A stretch of 64,000 nucleotides of DNA from the human T2T-CHM13v2.0 reference genome, Homo sapiens: NCBI RefSeq assembly GCF_009914755.1, contig NC_060931.1, one strand, 5' to 3'. The position numbers and the translations under genes are program-made. Positions 27,413 to 41,062 of the stretch are shown piece by piece. Within the stretch, counting starts at the first letter, position 1, and every line of letters begins with the position of its first letter. The notes below the pieces were generated by a model. It searched no databases. It saw only the letters and a program-made list of their open reading frames with translations, and was not told the origin of the DNA.

Positions 27413-29602
27413 GATATATTAATTAAAGTATCTAAACCTTTTTTGATCCATCCATTTTAAAATAAATCCACTTTTCTGAGACAGGGCTTCTGAACAAGGT
27501 ATGACATGTGTCCAATTGACATGTCCTGGACACGCCTCAGCCTGAAATTTTTACTTTAGAATTAAACCAAAACTAAAATATCATTATATTATAATATTTA
27601 AATTAAATTTCCCATCCTTACTTCAAAATTTTTTTTGTTCAATAGATCCAAGTGGGCCTTAGAAGCTGTATTTTTAACAAACTGTCTCAGATGCATTGCA
27701 TTAAAATTAAAACTGTATACCAATTGTTCAAAAAAAAAAAAAACTAAAATATCTGAGTTTCACAAACCAGTTAGATTTGCTAGCAATTCTTGTTAGATAA
27801 CACAAATTGAAAGCTTATCTTCACCACCTGTAAAGCTGTAACTGGTTTTATTCCTAATCACCTTATATAAATTTGACCCTTGACATATAATAATTTTGGT
27901 TTATTTTGCTAAAGCCACCTATGCATTTTTCTTGACTTGTCATTACCAAGAAATTACACAGTATCTGGTAGCGTCTCGGTCTAAATTTTTTTGATCAGAA
28001 GGGCACATCTCTATAATAGGTTATCTCTAAAATCAAGTACTTCTCTCTCTTTCCCTTTCTCTCCCTTTTTCTCTCTCAATAGAATCAGGGCATTCAGCAT
28101 ATTAAAACAATTTTTCACCCCTAAGGCTGAATTTAAATTCATGTTTCTCTTTGAATCCTTCCCCAACATCTTACTGATACTTTAACCAATTTGTCTTTAT
28201 GCTTTTAAAATAGATTGATTATATCCTTCTAGGCACACATTTCTTTTTATTCTTTTAATACAAGTTAAGTCATCCAAAGTTAATGTCCACATCATAATCA
28301 TATTTTATTGTGTGCATATCAGGAAATAAGTTGAAATGTTTTATTAATATTCTTACTCTCAATTAATCACATTAAATCACACACTACTAAAAGCTGATGT
28401 TACCTTTTATTTAACTAATAATTCTAGAAGAAAAAAAAATTTGAGTCAGTGGTGAAATTTGAGAAACTTAGACGAGTAGTCAGGGAGTTATTTTAAGGTG
28501 AACGTGATTATTAGAGAGCCATTTTCCTGTAACAATTTTATATAAATCATTTCCTTTGGTTACTCGCTCACAAACGCAATACAGGTGCTACCAATTTATC
28601 TCATTGGACTGTGTCTAAGGGTGTCCTTTAACCTGACTTTCTTGTCAAATTCCTTAGGGTTTCCCCACAATATTTTATCTCAACTGCTCCCAATTACCTA
28701 TTTCACTCTTACCTTCCATTACTATTTTTATACATGATGTTTTGATATGAGAAATTCAAACCTTCAGCACCTCAACAGCAAAACAATTACAAAATAATGA
28801 AGGGATGTCAGAGTATTATGATCAATATAAAAGACTATTAGTGACATAATAAACTAGAAATCAGAATGCCCAATGCATGACCATTTTGCTGAAGGCCATC
28901 TATGCATAGCGTAACTTTTATTAAGTAGTGAGGGAGGCTATATTGACTAAATGGGTACTCAAGTGTCCAGATATCTGAAGGGCCATCATTAAAATTAGAC
29001 TTAAGGGAATCAAGTAATCAGTGAAAAAATGTGGTGGCAGGAAAGAAGAAATAAACGTGAGGGAATTAGTTATATGGCTGTTGCATCTCTGTCACTGTAA
29101 TGTTCTGGAAACTACGTTATGTCCTCTAAATTACATTAATAAAATGCTCAGCAGTCAAAGGAGCTGATTTCTATTTGAAAAGGGATATTGGGAATAGAAC
29201 ACATACCAGGAAATAATTATGCATTATGTTTTCTTTTACACACATCAGTTTAGGAGTGTAAATTGCTATTCTGCACTCAAAGGTCTTAAGAGTTTAAATT
29301 ATCAAAAGATTTATACTATAATCTCTTGAAGATTTAAACTAAGTAAGCTTTGATTTAAGAGCATTAAGTAGGACTAAAAAAAATAAAAACACTGACAAAA
29401 GTAAATGCCTATATAATGTCAATAACTGTCAAAACAATCATCTATAGATTATATTTTTCCTCTAGATTTTAACCAAACTTTTGTCTTTTAATACCTTTTA
29501 TATAACATGTCATAACTATGAGTTTGATTGTAAACTTAATTAGAACTTTAACATTTTAACATATTTGAAAACATAAAGTATGAGTCAAAACTCAGAGATA
29601 TG

Positions 29603-29815
29603 GGCAGGGTGCATTTGCTCATGCCTGTAATCCTAGCACTTTGGGAGGCCCAGGCAGGGAGATCACCTGAGGTCAGGAGTTCGAGATCAGCCTGGCCAGC
29701 ATGGCAAAACCCCGTCTCAACTAGAAATACAAAAATTAGCTGGGCTTGGTGGCACATTCCTGTAATCCCAGCTACTCAGGAGGCTGAGGCAGGAGAATTG
29801 CTTGAACCTGGGGGG
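29603..29815 (+). mobile_element. AluS (Sx-like), 3'-truncated
   Basis: Left monomer and part of the right monomer, ending at GCTTGAACCTGGGGGG; no tail. Confidence 0.92.
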
Positions 29816-29826
29816 GTTCTTTTTAA

Positions 29827-30101
29827 AATCTGATAACCAATACAGCTGTTAAGTGGCTAAGGGACAGGTAGCATCTGCAGCATGAATACAATGGACAAAG
29901 GGCTATTTCGTGACCTGCGTAGGTCTGATTGAACAGGACTGATTGAGATTTTATCGCGTTACTTATTATGTTGCACACAGTTTAAAAACTTTGTTTTAAA
30001 TTGTTTATTTCTGGGATTTTCCATTTAACATTTTCAGACCACGATTAACTAAGGGTAACAGAAACTGCAGAAAGTGAAGCCGTGAATAAGGAGGGACTAC
30101 T
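29827..30101 (-). mobile_element. MER44/Tigger7 DNA transposon fragment
   Basis: TTTCCATTTAACATTTTCAGACCACG...GAATAAGGAGGGACTACTG terminus. Confidence 0.8.
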
Positions 30102-30289
30102 GCAATGCAAAAAAAGGTGTTTTTAGACAGTAAAAGCTTACTGATAAGTATTCTAAGATATTTACTTAAATTATCACATGCTATGTCAGACATATAAAAA
30201 TAATTAGTGACATGTTTCCTTCTGTATCATATATTGAAACAGACTAAAAATTGCATTAACTAAGTGTTCATCATTCTAAGCTATCATAC

Positions 30290-30647
30290 TTCTTAAGGCC
30301 TGAATGTTTGTGTTTCACCCAAATTCATACTTCGAAATCCCAGTCCTTAAGGTGATGATATTAGGAGGTGGAACTTTTAAGAGGTGATTAGATCATGAAG
30401 GTGGAGCCAATATGAATGGAATTAGTGCCCTTATAAGAGGCCTGAGGGAGCTTGTTTGCCCTTTCCACCATTTGAGGTCCCAGGGAGAAGCTACCATGTG
30501 TGAGGAACAGACCCTCACCAGACAGCAAATCTGCCAGTGCCTTGTTCTTGGATTTCCCAGCTTTCAGAACTATGAGAAATAAATTTCTGTTGTTTAAAAG
30601 CTACCCAGTTTATAGTATTTTTACAGTATCTCAAATGTACCAAAACA
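30290..30647 (+). mobile_element. MLT1A0 solo LTR
   Basis: CTGAATGTTTGTGT...CCAAATTCATA, GAATTAGTGCCCTTATAAGA, GAGAAATAAATTTCTGTTGTTTAAAAG. Confidence 0.9.
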
Positions 30648-31639
30648 CTATTTTTTATTTCCTTTTATTTTTGACCTTCTTGATTTTCAACTTATAATAT
30701 ACTTAACAGTGTATTTTGCTATAGTGAGCATGTTATATTTGCTATAACCAATTGATGATATTGTATATCTTAATTACATCATCAGTAGTGTACAAAACTG
30801 TACCTGTTAATAATATTATTAGTGGTACCAATTCTATCTTGGATTTTCTGGCAGGACATTCAATATTTAGTGGGGTTTAAGAGTCATCTTTTCTGGAGCA
30901 GAATATATGGTGATATAAACTGAGATATTAAAAAGAAGAGACATGTTTAAACCAATTTAGATAACCTGCTTAATTATATACATAGAATATTAAAAACAAG
31001 TGAACATCTACAGCAAAAAATAATATTTTGATGAAGACTGGAAAGTTGCTAACACAACCTGTAAAATATCATTAACTGGTTTAAAGCAAGTGAGAAGAAG
31101 ATCAATTAGAAACTGGAAAGTGATCACTTAGTAGTTACCATCCTGACAAAGAGCAGCAAGAAAATAAAATAATAAATTCTTTTTTCTGAAGTCCTCTCAG
31201 TGGTGCTCTGGTTTTATGTATTAAGCTACTCTTCTCTGTCCTAATAATATAATTTTAAAATATGCACATATAAATTAATATATGGTAGACATACTCAAAA
31301 AGAAGGAAAATTTCTCCATGGAGCAAAAGCAATTAAGAGGAATCAGGGTGAAACTACAGACTTAGTGGACTTTGGAGCTGAAATGCAAGGTGAAGTAATT
31401 AATTTATGTTTTGCTGTAACCCAGGAATTCTAATGTGTACTGAGCAGAATGTAGAACTTAAGTGTGAAAGGTGCTCTACTATGAGTGGAGAGACATTTAA
31501 AAGCCTTTAACCAACACTCCCTCCTCAAACAGCTGCCTCCAAAGATAGAAGGGACTTAATATAGCTCACTAACCAGGACTAGAACAAATCAGAACTTGAA
31601 TTTACAATATCTCAACAACCAGACAATTCCTTTGAAAAT

Positions 31640-32190
31640 GACTGTCATTCTTCTACTCAAAATTTCTGCATGGCCTTCCAAACATATTTAGATCAACATC
31701 TACATTATTTAACAGGGTCCCCATAAGACCCTAGTTTGCCTGATCCCTGGATAGTTCTAAGACCTCATACCCAATTAGTCATCTTCTTTTTCAAATATTC
31801 CGGACTCTCTTTTTGTTAGAAAAAAAAGATGCCTATTATTTTTTCCCAAGGAGTTATAAGTGATATTCCCACAGGTTAGAAAATTTATGTCCACATATTA
31901 ACAAAGCTGTCGCATCATTTCACTCAATTCTCTGCTCAAATACCACCATCTTCAAACAGGCTTTCCTTGACAACTCTACTGAGAAAAGTGTCCGTTTCCC
32001 TAATACCCTATCCTTACACTGATTAATTTTCCTCTGTAGCACTTTTTTCTTTTTTTATTACAGAATATCACATTGTGCATTTAACCTTTTCTTTTTTGGT
32101 CTCTTCCATTAGAATATAAATTCTATAAACTCAGGCACTATTTATATTTCATTCACTATTCAATATTGGGTCCCAAAAAGGCCCTATAAA
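31640..32190 (+). mobile_element. L2 3' fragment
   Basis: TCTCTGCTCAAATACCACCATC...GGCTTTCCTTGACAACTCT; CATTAGAATATAAATTCTATAAACTCAGGCA. Confidence 0.65.
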
Positions 32191-33519
32191 CAATAGCAAA
32201 TAAGCAACAAAACAAAACAAAAAAACAACTAAAAGCACTCAGATTCTGTTTAACAAAGTAATGAAGAAAGAAGTTTCTTCAGTTTAATATGTGGGGCAGA
32301 ATAGTAACGGGCTAATTTTAATTGAAGAGCTATATCAAGTATCTTGATCCTTATTAAATAAGGAAATTCTTTTTAACATTCATTCAGCTTTACTTGACAG
32401 TACTATATTTTTTAAGTTCCTCTAAGTTGAAAGTTTCACACATTTAGAAACCATCTTAGTTCATGAGATTTAGGTTATTTGTGGTGACAGCCAGCCTCTC
32501 TAATTCCATTCACTCTGTTACCAGCCCGTGAGTTAAGCATACATTATCTTTTACCAGAATCAATATCTTATCTATTCAGCTCCCCGAAATGAGCTTTCAT
32601 TAACCAGGTAGTTTTAGATAGATGGCTTGTAACTTTTATTACCTTTAGTATAGCCTGCTAGGATGTGTTGGGACTTTTGTATAGCAGATACAGTCATAAA
32701 TCAGACTAGGTCACCTTGAGATTAAAAAATCAATGAAGAGGAAAATAACAGTTGAGTACTTCTGAGTTTAGCACTCATTATCGAAGCTGTATGTATGTAA
32801 CTGGAGACAAAAGTAAACACATGGTAAACATCCTAAAGCACAGTCTTGGGGTGCCAAGCTGTGAATTACATTGTGAGAACACTTTCTGGGTTTGTTTCAC
32901 TCAGAATGAGACTCTTCATAGTATTTCTGCATCCTTGAAGTTTGTATAGGATCTTGATGCTTGGTTCTACAGTTGATGGACTAAGTTACAGAGTTATATA
33001 AATGTTTAAAATTATGTCTCAATTTAGAAAATCTTCACTAAAATAAGATATCCATCATATACAACAATATGAATAATTATGTTAGTGGGTATTTGCAAAT
33101 TCTACTTCTAGGAAGCTTTGAGATTGTTAGATGCCTTGCTTTTCCTGGTAGAGATTACTCTTCACACCAAAGAACACCTCTGGAGGTGAGAAAAGATGAG
33201 GAGAGGAGAACACTAAGTGGAATCCTTCAAAGGGAAAAATATTTATTTTCAATCGTATTATTTCTTAGTAATATTTTGTTTAAAAAAAGATGTTCTACAA
33301 AATAAGTGTGGAAATCACTGCTTTTATCATTATAAATGATATTTTTATTATTACACAATAAAAATAAAATAGTCATCTTTCTAATAATCAGGAAAATTAA
33401 AAGGCAAAAATCAAGCAAAACAAAAATTACTTATAGGACCCAAACAGGGAACAGACAATTTTATGAAGCATCCTAGGTCTAAATAGAAGAGAGTGATGGA
33501 GTTTTTGACCAACTGGAAA

Positions 33520-33755
33520 GAGTTGAGTCAGATGGATGGCAGCTACTTAGCTCCAGCTGATTTTTTTTCCACTGGGAATGTAGGCTCATTGTTGTCAAAT
33601 CTGGTTCTTAGCAAAGAATAGAAATCTATATTTAAATGAGAATTATCTGATTTTTAGCTTTTGCTAAGTAATTGAAAACTTTTAAAACTCTATGCTGATA
33701 GCATAAGACAGATTTGCTAATCAGGATTAACCCAGAGGTTGCCCATATTTAACAT
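33520..33755. mobile_element. hAT-Charlie (MER103-like) fragment
   Basis: GTTGTCAAATCTGG...AGAAATCTATATTTAAATGAGAATTATCTGATTTTTAG. Confidence 0.45.
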
Positions 33756-34211
33756 TTGATAATAAAACAATTAGAAGGAGTTCTGACCATTAAAGTGATG
33801 GAATATTTACTTCCTCACCCAACTATAATGATTTTATGTAGTGGACATACTAGCAGCACACTATAAATAGTTCAGCCTTTGTACTCAGAGATTCTCAAAA
33901 TGGGCTCTGAGTCACCTTGGAAAGGTAACAGACTCTAGGATCTTTGGGTAAGCTAATTATCTTTTTGATCTTTCTTGTTAAAGAGGAAAAATATGCTGAC
34001 AACTTTTTCTTATATCATTTCTTGTTACCAGGGAGAATAAATTGTTGTGAGTGTGGAGTAGATCAGCCAAAAAAATGGAAAATGAGAAAATATATGTATT
34101 CACTCTCAAATTATTTTTTAAATGTCTAGTTAAATAGTGAGTAAATGTTTGACTATTTAAATTTATAGCATTGATTTATTAAATTTAATATTTGGGATTT
34201 TATATCTCTTG

Positions 34212-34283
34212 CTCTTTCCACAAAATATGCATATCGATGTTGAGAGTCTCTTTCCACAAAATATCCACATCAATGTTGAGAGT
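34212..34283 (+). repeat. 36 bp tandem duplication
   Basis: CTCTTTCCACAAAATAT(G/C)CA(T/C)ATC(G/A)ATGTTGAGAGT x2. Confidence 0.9.
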
Positions 34284-34846
34284 ATCATGCACATACTATA
34301 GTGAGAAAACACATTATTTCTCTATAGTTTCTGAAAAGCTATCATATTATAATTTGGAAAATATGAGACATTTACCTTATAATATATCTGCTTATTGAGG
34401 AAGTATTTTCTAAATTATAATTGTAATCTATATTTGTTTCAAAATGTATGAAAAATTTAGAAATGCAAAAATATGAACACATAGAAAAAAGGAACACTTA
34501 AAACCTCCATAGATATTAAGAAAATTAACCAATGTAATTGATATACATGTATATATACATAAAATATAAATGCACAGCGTTATAATCTCACATTTGTATT
34601 TTTCACCTTTGCTATTTTTTAATAATTTTAAAGTAATTAGATATTCTAAGGTATAATTTCAAATGAATTCTTAACATTATTTCATATGCATACAGAATAA
34701 TTACTTATAACAATACAACCTGTAGATATTAATTTGTTCCTTCTAAATTTCCGTTATTATAATATAAAATTCTGTAATGAACAATCTTCATCTCAATTAC
34801 ATCAGATTATTTTCTTTTGATACGTTTCTTTAAAAATGCTATTGTA

Positions 34847-35123
34847 TGCCAGGTGTGGTGGCTCATGCTTATAATCCCAGCACTTTGGGAGGCCGAGGTG
34901 GGTAGATCACGAGGTCAAGAGATCGAGACCATCCTGGCCAATATGGTGAAACCCCGTCTCTACTAAAAATACAAAAATTAGCTAGCCGTTGTGGCATGCA
35001 CCTGTAGTCCCAGCTACTCAGGAGGCTAAGGCAGGAGAATTGCTTGAATCCAGGAGGCGGGGGTTGCAGTGAGCCGAGATAGCACCACTGCATTCCAGCC
35101 TGCCAGTAAAGTGAGACTCGTCC
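34847..35123 (+). mobile_element. AluSc, essentially tail-less
   Basis: GGTCAAGAGATCGAGACCATCCTGGCCAA; perfect TSD AAATGCTATTGTA at 34834-34846 and 35124-35136. Confidence 0.93.
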
Positions 35124-36056
35124 AAATGCTATTGTACTTTTGCATTGATTCTTACATACAGACTATCAGCAAATTTAACAATGCTACAAAAAATAAATAA
35201 TGGAATATATTAAGTTTATGATTGTGAGGGCTTTACTATCATAAAGATTTCAAATACCTACAAATTAACCTAAAATATATGTCTTAGCATCTACAGTGCT
35301 TATCCCTACTCCAAAACATTTTATCTCTTGCTAGATTTTTTAATTATCCTTCTGAACAAACTGTAACCAATCACATTTGGTGCCACACAATTCACATAGT
35401 TTACAGAATGAGTGTTTTTAGACGGTAAATAATAAAATTCTTCTTAAAAGTCAAAAATTGTTTTCAGTAAAAATATAAGTGTTTTCCAAATAAACTGACA
35501 TTTTGTTTCCAGTAATGCAGGACCATGAACCTACCAGATAACCTCCTTGTCACCTACAAAAACCACTAGATATTTAGATAAAAAACAGAAAGCAATCACT
35601 TGAAGGTACTAGCAGGTGAGCTAAACAAGCAGACTCTGATGATTTGTTTACGTTTGGTGAAGAAGGGAAAGGATGATTCATGTGAGTAAGTTTCTGCCAT
35701 CAAGGATTTTAGCACAGGCTTAAATAGAATAAGAACAGCAGTCTTTCCAGATTGAGGAACCTGAATAGTGAAGGCACAAAACTCTAGTCAGTCAAGAGAG
35801 TTGAAATAATGGCCAAAAAGCTCCCAAATGTGATGGACAGAAATTTACAAATAGAAGAATCTCAATAAATGTCAGAGAAAATAAACACAAGTGTGCACAC
35901 ATTGAGGCTTAGTATAATGTTGAAAGTCAAAGAAAAATGAAAATATTAAAATTGGCAAAAAATAAACCCATGTTACACAGAACGGGACAATAATTAGATT
36001 AACTTCTCATTAGAAGCCATAGATACCAAAATAAGGTGAATATATATATATGTATT

Positions 36057-36117
36057 GTGTTTATGTTTAGTGATGAAGAGGGATGATGAGTCCTGTGAGT
36101 CAGTCAGTCCTGTGTGA

Positions 36118-36150
<33 letters not shown>

Positions 36151-36324
36151 GGTGAATATATACACACACTATGTATACATATTAGGTGAATAGTGTATAC
36201 GTATGTGTATATATGTTTGGAAACATAGTGTATATACATATCCACCTTATTTATATATATATTACTCACATAACTGACTTACTCACATGACTCTTCATCC
36301 CCTTTCATCACCAAACATAAACAC
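36057..36324. repeat. Long imperfect inverted repeat (fold-back)
   Basis: 36057-36120 vs reverse complement of 36261-36324: 54/64 identical, ungapped; 36137-36174 vs 36223-36260: 34/38. Confidence 0.92.
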
Positions 36325-38146
36325 TTTAGCAGAGTTTACCTATTTTAGTTCACATCCCAGTACCTCCAAGCAATGTGTGTATATTTCATCATATATATAT
36401 ATGTATTATATATGTAAGATATATATAATACATAAATTTTCATTCTGGGTTGACTATTATTTTTTCTTTCTTAAGTCAACTCAGAATTAAATAGTTACAG
36501 GAATATTAAAAGTTATTAAATAATCCAAAAAATATTAAGTAGAATAAAAGAAATAAAACGGGAAACTCTAATCCAACTATACCCATCATTATATTAAATA
36601 TTAATGGATTACACATGTAGAATAAAGGAAGAGATTATCAGAGCATATTTTTAATTATAAAGAAAATTATTGTCAACAAGAAATACACCTTAAAATTAAA
36701 GGCATATACAGGTTGGAAATAAATGAAAGAAAAAACATACTATGTAAACCTTAAGCTTCAGATAGATACAGATGCTATGCTGAGATAAGATAAAATGAAT
36801 GTCTTTTCAACTACACATGATACAGGTTTCAGAAATCAATCTATGTAAATGTATAACGACTAAAATTACACAAAATATGTTTTAAAATTCCACTGAAATG
36901 TAGTTAGATATTAATAAAAAACATAAATATCAGAGCCCAGCTAATTGGAAATGAAACAAAACACTTCTGTGTAATACATGAGTCAAAGAAAAAATCAAAA
37001 TGATAAATTACTATTAATTGAATGATAATAAAAATAAACATATGATAATTTCCAGAATGCAGCTAGAACACTAGAGAATATGTATTATTCTAATTTTTTT
37101 AAAAGAAGACAGCTCTAAAATTAATAATCTGAGTTTTCCTGTTAAGATTAAGTAAAGAAAAAAAGAGCAAAATAAACCTAAATTTAAGAAAGTAATAAAT
37201 TAAGACACATTAATCAATTAAGTAGAAAATAGAGAAAAATCAATACAATCAAGAGATGACATTTAAATTTTTTATTGTATTGATAAGCCTATGATAAGAA
37301 TAAAAGAATGAAAGATGAAAAAAGGATAAAATATTTTTAAATACATTTTTTAAAATTTATCATTGTCAGTAATGAAAGAAATTTCTTTCAAACTTTAAAA
37401 GATCTTGCAATCTTAAAAGAATATGAATCAAATATTATAACCAACATTAAGTCAATAAATTTTACTACTTTTTGAATTATATAAATTCAGTGAAATACAT
37501 GTAATAAAAAAGACCAAAGAAATAATTCAAAATTAAATAATTCTGATAATTAAAAAATAAATTTATAATTAAAAACTTTCCCATAAATAATATCCAGGCC
37601 CAAGTGGTTTCACTGACAATTTCTATCAAAAACCTAGGAAAGGTATTCGAGGAAGGAAGACTTTCAAATTGACTTTATAATCTTAATATTAAGTTTTATA
37701 GCTAAACCAGACAAAAACATCACTATAAAAGAGAGCTAAACTAATAGTGCAAATGATATGGCTTCAAAAATTCTTAAAAGATGAGCAAAACTTTTTCAAT
37801 TATGTATACATATATTATGGCCAAATGTACTTTTTATTTCCCCTGGAAATTAAATTGGGACTAATATCTAAAATTCAATAAATATCTATCATAATGATAA
37901 TAAAAAACAATATGATCATATCAATAGATATAGAAAATTATTTGATTAAATACAATACCTTTATATTACATAAACTACCAATAACTAAGAATGTAAGTGT
38001 GCTTCTATAGTTTGGTGGGTTTTTAAAATTTATCATGCCAGGAATTCCAGTCCTAGGTGACTATCTGAGAGAAGTAAAAATAAATACATGCACACAAAAT
38101 TTTTAGTAGCATTATTCATAAAAATCAGTGAGTAGAAACAACTGAA

Positions 38147-38186
38147 ATCAACATGTGAATAATTCTATCAACATGTGAATAATTCT
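38147..38186 (+). repeat. Perfect 20 bp tandem duplication
   Basis: ATCAACATGTGAATAATTCT x2. Confidence 0.95.
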
Positions 38187-39889
38187 AAAATGTAGTTTCA
38201 CCATACAATGAAATACTACTTAACAAAAAGATAAATATAACTAAGAGTACAATGTGGATGAACCTAAAAATAATATATGCTAAGTAAAAGAATCCAGTCA
38301 CAAAATTCCACATATTGTATGACTCCATTTGTATTAATTATCTGGAAAAGGTAAACCGAGAGAGAGAGAGTAGATTAGTGATCTGCTAGCCTAGGAACAA
38401 GAATACTGGTTAAATGGAAATTAGCATAAAGAATTATTATGGAGTAAAGCAAGTGTTCTAAAAGTGGATTAAGATGGTTACACAACTCTGCAAATTTACA
38501 AAATACATCATAAAATTTTACACTTAAAGTGCATACCTTTATTATATGTGTTATACCTCAATATAGCTATTTAAAAATGAAATAAATAAATAAATGGAAC
38601 AATAAGTAGTGATGTATGAAATGAAAGATTTAATAAAATATTTTATTAAGATTAAAAAATACTCTTCAAAAATGAAATTCAGTAAATCAAAAAGAAACCA
38701 CAGACTATGAGAAAATATAGGGAACACATTTATCTGATGAAGAACATGTATCCAGAATTACATAATAAGCACTTACTACCTAACAATAATAAAAGAAACA
38801 ACTCAATTAAAAATTCATTAGAGAATTTAAACAGGTATTCAACACAAGAGAACATATAAGTTTTTAGTAAACCCAGGGCAAATTCTTGATATCAGCAGTT
38901 AGGAAAATGTAAATAAAATAAAAATAAGATGCCACTACAAATTTACTAATAACAAAAGTCTTTGTTAAAAAGACTGATAATATCGAGTCCTGGTAAGAAT
39001 GTGGAACAAATGAAACTTACACATTGATGTTAGGAATATAAAATTTGACTACTTTGTAAACCTGTATATTTAAAAAGTTAAACATACATTTACCCCAAGA
39101 CCCAACAATTTAATACCCTTATTATTTACTTAGGAGAATTAAAGTACACATCTACATGAAGATCTGTAAACTTGAATCTATAGCAGCATTATTTATACCT
39201 CAAAATAGGAGGGAACCCAAATATCCCTCAACAGGTGAATTTAAAAAAAAAACAGATTATAATATATCTGCCCTATAAAATATTACTCAGCAGTGCTAAC
39301 ATACACAACAACATAGATCAATCTCACAATATAAATTATGCTAGGAGAAAAAGTTAAATACAAAAGACTGAAGTTTATTTATATAAAATTCTGGAAGATG
39401 AAAAATCTAGTGACAGAAAATTATTGGTTGCCTTAAGATGAAAGTCAGGAGAGAGAATCCACTGCAAAGGACCGAAGGAAACTTTTTCAGGTAAGAAATT
39501 AATTTGATATCTTACTTGGCTTTACACAATTACTAAAATCAAATTTCAAACTTAACATTGGTGAATTGTATTGTATATAGATAACATATCAAAAGTTATT
39601 TGAAATAATAAATCATTTATTATGGCCTATTAAAAACTATATTATCTAGTCCATTTCACCCTCCTTAATCTCATGTCTTTTCACTCTCTCTCTCTCTCAT
39701 TCCCTGTGCAACAGTCACACTGCCCTTCTCAGTCCATGGAAAGCCCCAAGCTAGTCACACTTAAGGGCCTTTACAAGTGATGTCTTTTACATTTGTCACT
39801 TATTAACTGAAGCCTTTGCTAAGAACTATTTTTTTATTCTGTACATTTTGACACAAGTTTATTTAATAACCACTTGTGCTAAATATGTT

Positions 39890-40600
39890 TTACTTAGATT
39901 GTCTCTCTCTAGTCTTTTTGACCTTGTTCTGCACCCTTGGAAACCAGCATTTATTGACAATATTACATGACTCTCCTGGCTTCTGGCTTGCAATTTTGCT
40001 CTGCCAATAGATAAGGGACACTAGCTGGACATGTGAGGAATGGCAGAGTAAATGACTAATATGTTAGCTCCCACACTTTTGTTTTTTTACCAACAGCCAC
40101 AAGTTCTATTGGGTGGTCCCATTGGTCTTCAGGTATATGTTTAACAATCAGCTCTCTGAAGGAAAAAAAAAAAAGCTTGTTTTTAGCAGTTTCTAAATTC
40201 TGTAGTGTAAATCATTGCACCATAGCTAATATCACTAATATCAAGCTGTCAATACGAATTTTAGTATCAATATGACATCATAGGCTGTGATGGTTTGTGG
40301 AGTTGGGAAGAGATGCTGGCAGTCTGCCACAGTGAGCTTTATGACCATCTCCAGTACATCACGGAGTGGCACCTTCAACAACTACACCCATTCTCTCCGT
40401 CACAGCAAACTCCCCATCTTCGCGCCCCTTCAGGCCTAGGTAATGGTTCACTGCTATGGCTTGTCCCATTGTGCCTTCCTCTGTTCTGTGTGTTTCCATT
40501 CACTATGACCACACCTTTATCTAAATACTTTATATTAACTGTTTTTATTTACCTTGACCAGGTGGACAATATATTTTCTGATAGGATCTTACCTGTTCCA
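39890..40600 (+). mobile_element. ERVL 5' LTR (LTR33-like), interrupted by MER63
   Basis: CCTTGTTCTGCACCCTTGG...CTTCTGGCTTGCAATTTTGCTCTGCCAAT; CCCCTTCAGGCCTAGG; CCACACCTTTATCTAAAT. Confidence 0.6.
40125..40365. mobile_element. MER63-like hAT DNA transposon
   Basis: TTTAACAATCAGCTCTC...GTGTAAATCATT...TCAAGCTGTCAA...GGAGTTGGGAAGAGATGC. Confidence 0.6.
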
Positions 40601-41062
40601 GTAATTGATACAAGGAATGATGTCAGAAAACAGACTTTCCCTACAGATTCTGCAATGGGATTCTGCACATGTTCAAGAAATAAACAGAAAACATTCCTAT
40701 CAGTGGAAAAAATGGAAATTGGTAATCCATGCTATGCATCAGCATCACATTCACATTTTCATGTGGTGGCTTGGAGGTATCAACTAATATGTAGATGACA
40801 AGCATGGTATTGGGGAATTGTGGCTATAGCAATGTAATAGCAATTTGATAACTATGAAAACAATACGATTATGCAAATCATGGCCCCAAAGAGCCTGTCT
40901 GTGGAAAAAATCATTGAAGCTCCTGAATGTCCAAACTCAAAACACAAGTGTAAATCCACATTCCTTCCAAGGAAGCAATATCTTTGAGAACCTTAATCCT
41001 AGCTGAGCTCTGTTGACCATATTTGACAATAGGAGATACTATGAATAAGCTGAGGTCTTATT

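Larger units (their letters stand above)
35500..39610 (+). mobile_element. Degraded old L1 (L1M) fragments: 5'/ORF1, ORF2 and two 3' ends
   Basis: A-rich, with CCAGGCCCAAGTGGTTTCACTGACAATTTCTATCAAA, TGATCATATCAATAGATATAGAAAA, TAGCAGCATTATTTATA; 3' UTR-like ends near 38590 and 39600. Confidence 0.75.

Noticed and set aside
40295-40798. 167 aa ORF
   Set aside because: Non-ATG start; spans a DNA transposon/LTR/internal junction; no recognisable protein
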